The notes beneath the pieces are model-generated. The model was not told the origin of the DNA. It did no database searches and saw nothing but the letters and a program-made list of their open reading frames with translations. This document shows, piece by piece, positions 1-5,505 of a DNA stretch of 5,505 nt (position 1 is the first letter of the stretch; each line of letters opens with the position of its first letter). Where the stretch lies: the IMG/VR virus record IMGVR_UViG_2684622619_000010; one strand, given 5' to 3'. A program made the translations under genes and the position numbers. Source of the stretch: a virus (Duplodnaviria > Heunggongvirae > Uroviricota > Caudoviricetes).

Positions 1-110
1 GGCGTGCTGGGGAATTGACAGATAAGCAGAATATTTTGCTGAAAAATGCGGTTTGCTCACACGGGCGGATAACACGAAATCCTGCGAACTGGCAAAAACT
101 AAGTGAATAA
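1..110 (+). CDS. Possible 3' end of an upstream ORF entering the window (frame 3, ...RAGELTDKQNILLKNAVCSHGRITRNPANWQKLSE, stop TAA 108-110); product unknown, position would fit the endolysin of the lysis cassette
   Basis: Only + frame open from the window edge; the other two + frames hit stops within 25 nt. No motif I can recognise. Positional inference only. Confidence 0.2.
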   Translation, partial: RAGELTDKQNILLKNAVCSHGRITRNPANWQKLSE

Positions 111-114
111 AAGT

Positions 115-154
115 AAAAAACCCGTTTGTTAGCAGCAGGTGGGGTTTTGTGTTT
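115..154 (+). terminator. Weak hairpin with T-rich tail (possible low-efficiency intrinsic terminator or RNA structure)
   Basis: AAAACCC (117-123) pairs with GGGTTTT (142-148) around an 18-nt loop, followed by GTGTTT; begins 5 nt after the TAA at 108-110. Short AT-rich stem and long loop argue against a strong terminator. Confidence 0.2.
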
Positions 155-223
155 CCTGACTCCGGAAAAGTCAAAGGAGAAAGTGTGTTTGATTTTAGCA
201 AACTGATTCGGGAGATTTGAGTG

Positions 224-322
224 ATGGCTGAAAAATTATCTACCTGGAAGTTCATTCTTATCTGGCTGGTGTTTGTGATTATGGTCTCCGGTTATTTCAT
301 CGGTCAGATACGCTGGTGGTGA
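224..322 (+). CDS. Hypothetical 32-aa single-helix membrane peptide (MAEKLSTWKFILIWLVFVIMVSGYFIGQIRWW)
   Basis: ATG 224 preceded by GGAGA (211-215) at 8-nt spacing; same frame is closed just upstream (TGA 218-220), so the ORF is self-contained; hydrophobic core FILIWLVFVIMV with K upstream and RWW at the C-terminus; stop TGA 320-322 lies 1 nt before the Rz ATG. Confidence 0.35.
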   Translation: MAEKLSTWKFILIWLVFVIMVSGYFIGQIRWW

Positions 323-323
323 A

Positions 324-639
324 ATGAACCGCGTTCTGTGTGTGGTCATCATTGCCCTGCTGGTGGCCTGTGGTGCGCTTAGTCTGGGGCTGAATCATTA
401 CCGTGATAACGCCATAACCTACAAAGAGCAGCGCGATAAAAAAGTCAGTGAGCTGGAGCTGGCAAANNNNNNNNNNNNNNNNNNNNNNNNNNNNNNNNNN
501 NNNNNNNNNNNNNNNNGAACGGGATTATTTCATCCTCAGAGAACGGTTGATGACAATGCAGAAGCAGCTGGAAGGGGCGCAGGAATATATCCGCACTCAG
601 TGCACTAAGCTGGCTTTTTATTATCCGGAGGATACATGA
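324..639 (+). CDS. Rz: Rz-type i-spanin (inner-membrane spanin), interrupted by a 50-N run of wrong length
   Basis: N-terminal part MNRVLCVVIIALLVACGALSLGLNHYRDNAITYKEQRDKKVSELELA matches the TMD and the NHYRDNAITYK.QRDK block of lambda Rz as I recall it; after the N-run, frame 517-639 reads ERDYFILRERLMTMQKQLEGAQEYIRTQC..., matching the lambda Rz C-terminus (ERDYFTLRERLITMQKQLEGTQKYINEQCR). The reading frame changes across the N-run (324 is frame 0, 517 is frame 1). Confidence 0.85.
467..516. other. Run of 50 N: assembly gap or mask of unknown true length
   Basis: Directly visible. The Rz frame mismatch across it shows the true missing length is not 50 nt; a lambda-length Rz would need roughly 190-200 nt here. 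Confidence 0.95.
467..547 (+). CDS. Rz1: Rz1-type o-spanin, C-terminal end only (start codon and lipobox hidden in the N-run; start coordinate is a placeholder)
   Basis: Frame +1 relative to Rz after the gap reads NGIISSSENG then TGA at 545-547 (coding 518-547), matching the C-terminal tail of lambda Rz1 (...NGIISPSERG) from memory; embedded out-of-frame inside Rz as in lambda. Confidence 0.5.
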
Positions 640-724
640 AGAAATTACGGGTAACCGTAGAACCTTTTCAGGGAACAATTCCGTTCCGTATTTTGCAGCG
701 TGGTCGTGTTCTTGTTGAAGGTTC
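636..724 (+). CDS. 5' part of an unassigned ORF (MKKLRVTVEPFQGTIPFRILQRGRVLVEGS...) running into the second N-run; candidate accessory (moron) gene
   Basis: ATG 636-638 overlaps the Rz stop TGA 637-639 (ATGA), with GGAGGA at 626-631 upstream; open to the gap edge. No similarity I can recognise. It is not Bor-like: no lipoprotein signal, and it is on the + strand. Confidence 0.35.
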
Positions 725-774
725 NNNNNNNNNNNNNNNNNNNNNNNNNNNNNNNNNNNNNNNNNNNNNNNNNN
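725..774. other. Run of 50 N: assembly gap or mask of unknown true length
   Basis: Directly visible; TAA at 775-777 immediately follows. By analogy with the first run, the true length is probably not 50 nt. Confidence 0.95.
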
Positions 775-881
775 TAATCAAAAACGATACACACCGGGGT
801 TTACCGCGTTAACGGAGCGCGGCGTTGTCCCCTCATAGTCGCTGGTCCGGTGCGATGGTGGAAGAAACCGGACTACATTAC

Positions 882-902
882 AAATGATAACCATTATCAT
901 TT
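882..902. promoter_or_regulatory. Perfect 9-3-9 AT-rich inverted repeat AAATGATAA-cca-TTATCATTT, Fur-box-like operator candidate
   Basis: Arms 882-890 and 894-902 are exact reverse complements. The core AATGATAAcCATTATC matches 15 of 16 positions of the enterobacterial Fur box consensus GATAATGATAATCATTATC (positions 4-19). Lies about 35 nt upstream of the GC-rich candidate cosN. Confidence 0.3.
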
Positions 903-904
903 TT

Positions 905-1090
905 CGGGTCCTCCTGGTGTGGTGGGCCTGAACACGGGGCGGGCGGCGCGGAAAAAGGCGCATTTTTTGATTTTTATGGCACCATCACCACCAGTGTAAG
1001 TTGTTGATATATAGAAAAATAAAAATTTTTAGTGTCGAGTCTGGTTGTTTTTTGTTCATCACTGGTGTGTGTTTACATAATTTTCAGGGG
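905..1090. other. Candidate cos region: GC-rich cosN-like block (935-951) plus AT-rich cosB-like tract with repeats and IHF consensus, directly upstream of the small terminase gene
   Basis: ACGGGGCGGGCGGCGCGG at 933-951 resembles the lambda cohesive-end region (..ACGGGGCGGCGACCT.. as recalled). It sits about 145 nt upstream of the Nu1-like gene, as cosN does in lambda. CTGGTGTG occurs at 914-921 and 1062-1069, and its inverse CACCAGTG at 989-996. An IHF consensus lies at 997-1009. Confidence 0.45.
997..1009 (-). promoter_or_regulatory. IHF binding-site consensus
   Basis: Minus strand reads TATCAACAACTTA, a perfect fit to WATCAANNNNTTR, embedded in an AT-rich tract between the candidate cosN and the terminase start (compare site I1 in lambda cosB). 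Confidence 0.3.
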
Positions 1091-1095
1091 GAGTT

Positions 1096-1572
1096 ATGGA
1101 TCGTGAATTAAAAAATCTGCATCTGAATATTTCCCAACTGGCCGCATTATCCGGTGCTCATCGACAGACTGTTGCGGCTCGGGTAAAAAACATAAGCCCA
1201 GCCGGTGGTCATGAGAGCAATCTCAAACTGTACCGACTGACAGATATCCTTGCCGAGCTGATGAAAGCTCCTCTGCCTGTAGATAACGAGGAAATGGATC
1301 CTCATGCGCGTAAAGCATGGTACCAGTCAGAACGTGACCGACTGAAATTTGAGCAGGAAACTGGTCAGCTTGTGCCAGTCAGTGATGTCAGGCGGTCCTT
1401 TTCTGTCGTGGTGAAAGCGATAGTTCAGGTACTGGAAACCTGGCCTGACCGGCTGGAGAGGGACAGGGGGTGGACTGCATCACAACTGAATGAAGTACAG
1501 ATTGTGGTTGATGAGATCCGCGACACACTGGAAAAGGCAGTCATTGACTGTTGTGATGAGGCCGATATGTGA
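1096..1572 (+). CDS. Terminase small subunit (Nu1-like DNA-packaging protein), 158 aa
   Basis: Sits immediately 5' of the gpA-like large terminase and overlaps it by 4 nt; N-terminal helix-turn-helix-like segment LNISQLAALSGAHRQTVAARV; G-rich SD-like GGGGGAG just upstream of ATG 1096; size is typical for Nu1-type proteins. Assignment rests on position and HTH, not on strong remembered similarity to lambda Nu1. Confidence 0.75.
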   Translation: MDRELKNLHLNISQLAALSGAHRQTVAARVKNISPAGGHESNLKLYRLTDILAELMKAPLPVDNEEMDPHARKAWYQSERDRLKFEQETGQLVPVSDVRRSFSVVVKAIVQVLETWPDRLERDRGWTASQLNEVQIVVDEIRDTLEKAVIDCCDEADM

Positions 1573-3692
1573 ATCAGGTGAACGAGAGCCATAGCCGCGC
1601 ATCCGATATCTGGCGCGAAGTGGCCTCGCTGTTTCGCCCACCCAGCCGGTTACCAGTAGCGGAAGCCATCAGGCGTTATATGCGGGTTCCACGGGGAGCC
1701 AATACTTCCGGTCCGTGGGAGTCATCGCTGACGCCCTATATGATTGACCCCATTAATACATTATCAGCCCGTGAATATGACGCGGTGGTGTTTGTGGGAC
1801 CTGCGCGAACCGGGAAAACCGAAGGGCTGATTGATGGCTGGATTGTGTACGGCATCATCTGTGATCCGGCGGATATGCTGGTGGTGCAGATGACTGAGAC
1901 GAAGGCGCGTGAGCATTCCAGAACGCGTCTTTCCAGGACGTTTCGCCACAGTCCGGAGGTCAGCAAGCGCCTCAGTCCTTCCCGTAATGACAACAACGTC
2001 CACGATAAAATGTTTCTTGACGGCTCCTTCCTGAAGATTGGCTGGCCGTCGATCACCGTCTTTTCCTCTTCGGATTACCGTCGTGTGGCGCTGACGGATT
2101 ATGACCGTTTCCCTGAAAATGTGGACGGGGAAGGGGATGCCTTCACGCTGGCCTCAAAGCGTACCACCACCTTTATGTCCTCGGGGATGACCCTGGTCGA
2201 GAGTTCACCGGGGCGGGATATCACCGATACCAAATGGCGTTGTGGTGGCGCACATGAGGCACCGCCAACAACGGGGATCCTGTCACTGTATAACCGGGGA
2301 GACCGCCGCCGGTGGTACTGGCCGTGTCCGCACTGCGGGGAATATTTTCAGCCGGTGATGGATAACATGACCGGATACCGGAATAACCCGGATTTTGTGG
2401 CTGCCGGTCAGGCTGCCCGTCTGATGTGTCCGCATTGTCGCGGGCTGATTGCCCCTGAGCAGAAACGCGAACTGAATAACCAGGGGATCTGGCTTCGTGA
2501 AGGTGAACGGGCGGCGGCGGACGGCAGTATCACCGGAACGCCACGAAACTCCCGGATTGCGTCATTTTGGATGGAGGGGCCAGCTGCGGCGTTTCAGACC
2601 TGGGAACAACTGATTTTTAAACTGCTGGCGGCAGAAGAAGAGTATGAGCGAACCGGCAGTGAAGAGACCCTGAAAGCGGTGGTGAACACCGATATCGGAC
2701 GACCCTATCTGCCCCGTTCAGCCACGGAACAGCGTAAAAGTGAACTGCTTGAACAGCGTGCCGAGCCGTTTCCCCGGCGATCTGTGCCGGATGGTGTGCG
2801 TTTTATTGAGGCAACGGTTGACGTACAGGGCGGTAAAAATCGCCGTTTTGTTGTGCAGATCACCGGATACGGAGAGCAGGGGGAACGCTGGATTGTTGAT
2901 CGCTACAACATCCGGCATTCACTGCGCTGCAGTCCCAACGGTGAAAGTCTGCCGGTTGATCCGGCGGCATATCCGGAGGACTGGGATTTGTTGCTGACGG
3001 ATGTGTTCCATAAAACATGGCCGCTGGCTTCTGATCCGGATGTGCGCATGCGTCTGATGGCCATGGCGGTGGATACGGGAGGGGAAGCCGGGGTGACAGA
3101 TAACGCCTATCGTTTCTGGCGTCGTTGCCGGAGTGACGGACTGGGCAACAGGGTGTTTCTGTTCAAGGGGGATGGACTTCGCCGTGACAGGCTGATTAAC
3201 CGAACCTTCCCGGATAATACCGGCAGAAGTGCCCGCCGTGCCAGAGCCAGTGGCGATGTCGCGCTGTGGCTGGTTCAGACGGATGCGTTTAAGGATCGTG
3301 TAAATAATGCCCTGTGGCGTGACACACCAGGGCCGAACTATATCCACTTTCCCGACTGGCTGGGGCGGTGGTTTTACGATGAGCTGACCTATGAAGAGCG
3401 CGGCAGTGACGGAAAATGGCGAAAACCGGGCAGGGGCGCTAACGAAGCGTTTGACCTGCTGGTTTATGCGGATGCGCTTGCCGTTCTGCATGGTTACGAA
3501 AAGATCCGCTGGCCCTCCGCACCGGACTGGGCACAGCGGGAAACGTGGCTCGTCTTCCCGCAGGAGCGTTCTGGTGAAACGGTATCCCCGGAACTGACGG
3601 CCGGGGCAGAAAAACGCCGTCGCCGGAAGAAAAAACTGCGGACGGAGCGTGCGGAAGATAATCCATGGATAACATCAGGAGGCTGGTTGTGA
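1569..3692 (+). CDS. A: Terminase large subunit, lambda gpA family (ATPase plus nuclease), 707 aa, GTG start
   Basis: N-terminus ...SLFRPPSRLPVAEA aligns with lambda gpA ...SLFRPEPQTAVEWA; P-loop VFVGPARTGKTEG (1797-1820); paired CPHC motifs WPCPHCGEYF...MCPHCRG (2325-2438) as in lambda gpA (ACPHCGEE...); GTG 1569 overlaps the upstream stop (GTGA) with GAGG 7 nt upstream. Confidence 0.95.
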   Translation: MNQVNESHSRASDIWREVASLFRPPSRLPVAEAIRRYMRVPRGANTSGPWESSLTPYMIDPINTLSAREYDAVVFVGPARTGKTEGLIDGWIVYGIICDPADMLVVQMTETKAREHSRTRLSRTFRHSPEVSKRLSPSRNDNNVHDKMFLDGSFLKIGWPSITVFSSSDYRRVALTDYDRFPENVDGEGDAFTLASKRTTTFMSSGMTLVESSPGRDITDTKWRCGGAHEAPPTTGILSLYNRGDRRRWYWPCPHCGEYFQPVMDNMTGYRNNPDFVAAGQAARLMCPHCRGLIAPEQKRELNNQGIWLREGERAAADGSITGTPRNSRIASFWMEGPAAAFQTWEQLIFKLLAAEEEYERTGSEETLKAVVNTDIGRPYLPRSATEQRKSELLEQRAEPFPRRSVPDGVRFIEATVDVQGGKNRRFVVQITGYGEQGERWIVDRYNIRHSLRCSPNGESLPVDPAAYPEDWDLLLTDVFHKTWPLASDPDVRMRLMAMAVDTGGEAGVTDNAYRFWRRCRSDGLGNRVFLFKGDGLRRDRLINRTFPDNTGRSARRARASGDVALWLVQTDAFKDRVNNALWRDTPGPNYIHFPDWLGRWFYDELTYEERGSDGKWRKPGRGANEAFDLLVYADALAVLHGYEKIRWPSAPDWAQRETWLVFPQERSGETVSPELTAGAEKRRRRKKKLRTERAEDNPWITSGGWL

Positions 3693-3901
3693 GCACAGAA
3701 GAAGCCAGAGAAATGATACAGCGGTACCGTGAAGCGGAAATGGCCGTACTGGAGGGAAAGTCTGTCACCTTCAACGGGCAGCAACTGACGCTGGAAAGCC
3801 TTTCTCAGATCCGCGCCGGACGTCAGGAGTGGGAACGCAGGCTTGCCGCGATGGTGAGCCGCAGGCGGGGAAAACCGGGATTTAAACTGGCGAGGTTTTA
3901 A
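3689..3901 (+). CDS. W: Head-tail joining / head completion protein, lambda gpW family (about 70 aa from GTG 3689; the ORF track's ATG 3665 is an alternative start)
   Basis: C-terminus ...AAMVSRRRGKPGFKLARF matches the lambda gpW tail ...TQRRRGPAGFYV; AGGAGG at 3677-3682 is 6 nt upstream of GTG 3689, which overlaps the terminase stop as GTGA; a start at 3689 gives a lambda-like length (lambda W is 68 aa). Confidence 0.8.
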   Translation: MSTEEAREMIQRYREAEMAVLEGKSVTFNGQQLTLESLSQIRAGRQEWERRLAAMVSRRRGKPGFKLARF

Positions 3902-5403
3902 TGGCAATTATTGATGATGTGATCGGCGTGTTTTCCCCCGGGTGGAAAGCAGCCAGACTGCGTTCAAGGGCGTTAATCATGGCCTATGAGGCGGTGAAAC
4001 CGACCCGGACACATAAAGCCCGGCGGGAAAATCGCTCTGCTGATCAGCTCAGTAAATACGGTGCGGTTTCCCTGCGGGAGCAGGCCCGTTTTCTGGATAT
4101 CAATCATGACCTGGTGATTGGTGTGTTTGACAAGCTGGAAGAGCGGGTGATTGGTGCCAGGGGAATTATTGTGGAGCCTCAGCCATTACGAAAAAACGGG
4201 GAAATGGCGGCTGAGCTGGCTGCGGATATCCGCCGTTTGTGGGCTGAATGGTCCGTGAGTCCGGATGTGACAGGGCAGTATACCCGTCCTGTGCTTGAAC
4301 GTTTACTGCTGCGGACCTGGCTGCGGGATGGTGAAGTGTTTGCGCAGATGGTCAGTGGTGCGGGAAACGGTCTGGAACGGACAGCGGGAGTGCCATTCTG
4401 GCTTGAGGCGATGGAGCCGGATTTTGTTCCCATGCGCACTGATGAATCCGCCGGACTGAATCAGGGGGTTTTTCTTGATGAGTGGGGAAGACCGAAAAAA
4501 TATCTGGTTTATAAAAATTATCCGGTCAGCGGCCGGCAGAGTGATACGAAAGAAATCGCTGCCGGAAAAATGATCCACCTGAAGTTCACTCGTCGTCTGC
4601 ATCAGACGCGAGGCTCATCCATGTTATCGGGGGTGCTGATGCGGATCAGTGCCCTTAAGGAGTATGAGGATGCGGAACTGACAGCGGCGCGTATTGCTGC
4701 GGCGCTGGGACTGTATATCCGTAAAGGTGACGGACAGGACTATGAAGATCCGGGGATCAAAGAGACCGAGCGGGAAGTCCATATCACCCCGGGTATTATT
4801 TATGACGATTTGCGCAAGGGCGAGGATATCGGCATGGTCAAATCTGACCGTCCCAATCCCAACCTTGAAACTTTCCGCAACGGCCAGTTGCGTGCAGTGG
4901 CAGCAGGCAGTCGTCTGAGTTTTTCCAGTGCGGCGCGTAACTATAACGGCACCTACAGCGCCCAGCGGCAGGAGCTGGTCGAGTCCACGGATGGTTACCT
5001 GATCCTGCAGGACTGTTTTATTGGCGCGGTAACCCGCCCGGTGTACCGGACATGGCTGAATATGGTGGTTGCGGCAGGTCTGCTGAAAATTCCGGCGGAT
5101 GTGGAGATGAAAACGCTATATAACGCGACGTATTCCGGTCCGGTGATGCCGTGGATCGACCCGGTTAAGGAAGCTGAAGCCTGGAGAATTCAGATCCGGG
5201 GTGGTGCAGCGACAGAATCTGACTGGGTGCGTGCCGGTGGGCGCAATCCGGATGAGGTCAAACGTCGCCGCAAGGCTGAAATTGATGAAAACAGCAGACT
5301 GGGGCTGGTCTTTGATACTGACCCCGTCAACGACAAAGGAGGCAACAGTGCCGGAACTGAACGACAGTATCAGCGCGACACCGAAAGCCAGCATGAAGAA
5401 TAA
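3901..5403 (+). CDS. B: Portal protein, lambda gpB family, 500 aa
   Basis: Size and position between gpW and the prohead protease; the segment FSSAARNYNGTYSAQRQEL resembles the lambda gpB block LSRNYAQMSYSTARAS; ATG 3901 overlaps the W stop (TAATG) with GAGG 5 nt upstream. Confidence 0.9.
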   Translation: MAIIDDVIGVFSPGWKAARLRSRALIMAYEAVKPTRTHKARRENRSADQLSKYGAVSLREQARFLDINHDLVIGVFDKLEERVIGARGIIVEPQPLRKNGEMAAELAADIRRLWAEWSVSPDVTGQYTRPVLERLLLRTWLRDGEVFAQMVSGAGNGLERTAGVPFWLEAMEPDFVPMRTDESAGLNQGVFLDEWGRPKKYLVYKNYPVSGRQSDTKEIAAGKMIHLKFTRRLHQTRGSSMLSGVLMRISALKEYEDAELTAARIAAALGLYIRKGDGQDYEDPGIKETEREVHITPGIIYDDLRKGEDIGMVKSDRPNPNLETFRNGQLRAVAAGSRLSFSSAARNYNGTYSAQRQELVESTDGYLILQDCFIGAVTRPVYRTWLNMVVAAGLLKIPADVEMKTLYNATYSGPVMPWIDPVKEAEAWRIQIRGGAATESDWVRAGGRNPDEVKRRRKAEIDENSRLGLVFDTDPVNDKGGNSAGTERQYQRDTESQHEE

Positions 5404-5505
5404 ATCCTGGTTCAGGATGCAAGCTGGGGGGCCGGGTGACGCGGATATTTATATTTATGACGAGATTGGTTTCTGGGGAGTTACCGCGAAGCAGTTTGTC
5501 AGCGA
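5393..5505 (+). CDS. Prohead (head maturation) protease, ClpP-like serine peptidase, N-terminal fragment (lambda gpC position); start 5393 or 5417
   Basis: Open frame to the window end: MKNKSWFRMQAGGPGDADIYIYDEIGFWGVTAKQFVS; the ADIYIYDEIG.W....F pattern is typical of ClpP-family phage prohead protease N-termini. ATG 5393 overlaps the portal end by 11 nt; an in-frame ATG at 5417 is the alternative. SD weak for both. Confidence 0.65.
   Translation, partial: MKNKSWFRMQAGGPGDADIYIYDEIGFWGVTAKQFVS

Noticed and set aside
324-608. The 94-aa ORF in the track that continues past the N-run in frame 0 (..TGLFHPQRTVDDNAEAAGRGAGIYPHSVH)
   Set aside because: The post-gap part is an artefact of the arbitrary gap length; the real Rz C-terminus is in frame 1 (517-639).
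445-678. Minus-strand 77-aa ORF spanning the first N-run
   Set aside because: Antisense to Rz and bridged by Ns; no support.
778-963. Minus-strand ORF of 61 aa (MRLFPRRPPRVQAHHTRRTRK...) in the Rz-to-cos interval, in the position where lambda has bor on the minus strand
   Set aside because: Arg/Pro-rich low-complexity translation of the GC-rich cos block; it contains the Fur-like palindrome and the candidate cosN; no lipoprotein signal as Bor would have; no RBS seen. Probably spurious.
946-968. GCGC stem with GGAAAAAG loop followed by ATTTTTT, terminator-like
   Set aside because: Only a 4-bp stem; it lies inside the candidate cos block, where GC-rich symmetry is expected for terminase recognition rather than termination.
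1052-1081. Possible sigma70 promoter TTGTTC-18 nt-CATAAT upstream of the small terminase gene
   Set aside because: The -10 element would end about 14 nt before the start codon, leaving no room for a leader with the SD. Lambdoid late genes are normally transcribed from a single far-upstream late promoter, and the match is ordinary for AT-rich DNA.
3665-3688. ATG 3665 as the gpW start (78-aa product from the ORF track)
   Set aside because: It would overlap the terminase by 28 nt and lacks an SD, whereas GTG 3689 has a perfect AGGAGG at 6-nt spacing and gives a lambda-like length. Kept only as an alternative.
1736-3907. Minus-strand ORFs inside the large terminase and W (1736-2056, 1764-2003, 2718-2918, 2919-3491, 3439-3774, 3494-3907) and + alternative-frame ORFs (2740-2997, 3391-3597)
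   Set aside because: All lie wholly within a well-supported gpA-family coding frame; they are Arg/Pro/Ser-rich translations typical of off-frame reading through GC-rich coding DNA, with no RBS or recognisable motifs.
4179-5394. Minus-strand and alternative-frame ORFs inside the portal gene (4179-4439, 4303-4602, 4694-4918, 5116-5394)
   Set aside because: Same reasoning: embedded in a confident portal reading frame with no independent support.
1-5505. Looked for CRISPR repeats, tRNA or tmRNA genes, integrase/att sites, IS elements, toxin-antitoxin pairs or recognisable defence-system genes
   Set aside because: None seen: no regularly spaced direct repeats, no tRNA-like arms, no recombinase or transposase reading frames. 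The window is a phage structural and packaging region apart from the small accessory interval described above.

Overview
This window is the late-region junction of a lambda-like (lambdoid) phage or prophage, probably from an enterobacterial host. It is a draft-quality sequence with two 50-N placeholder runs (467-516, 725-774). Identifications are from my own reading of the translations against remembered lambda proteins; no search was run. Left to right: (1) the tail of the lysis cassette, with an Rz/Rz1 spanin pair at 324-639 broken by the first N-run and preceded by a 32-aa single-helix membrane peptide ORF (224-322); (2) a short accessory interval where an unassigned ORF starts at 636 and runs into the second N-run, followed by a Fur-box-like palindrome; (3) a GC-rich candidate cos site with an IHF consensus and an AT-rich cosB-like tract; (4) the packaging and head module in lambda order, all on the + strand and chained by 1-11 nt overlaps: Nu1-like small terminase (1096-1572), gpA-like large terminase (1569-3692), gpW-like head-tail joining protein (3689-3901), gpB-like portal (3901-5403) and the first ~37 codons of a ClpP-like prohead protease (5393-end). 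I see no complete, clearly novel multi-gene system. About 80 percent of the window is a canonical terminase/portal module. The only parts not explained by it are the small membrane peptide, the Rz-to-cos interval (the classical moron slot) and whatever the two N-runs hide.
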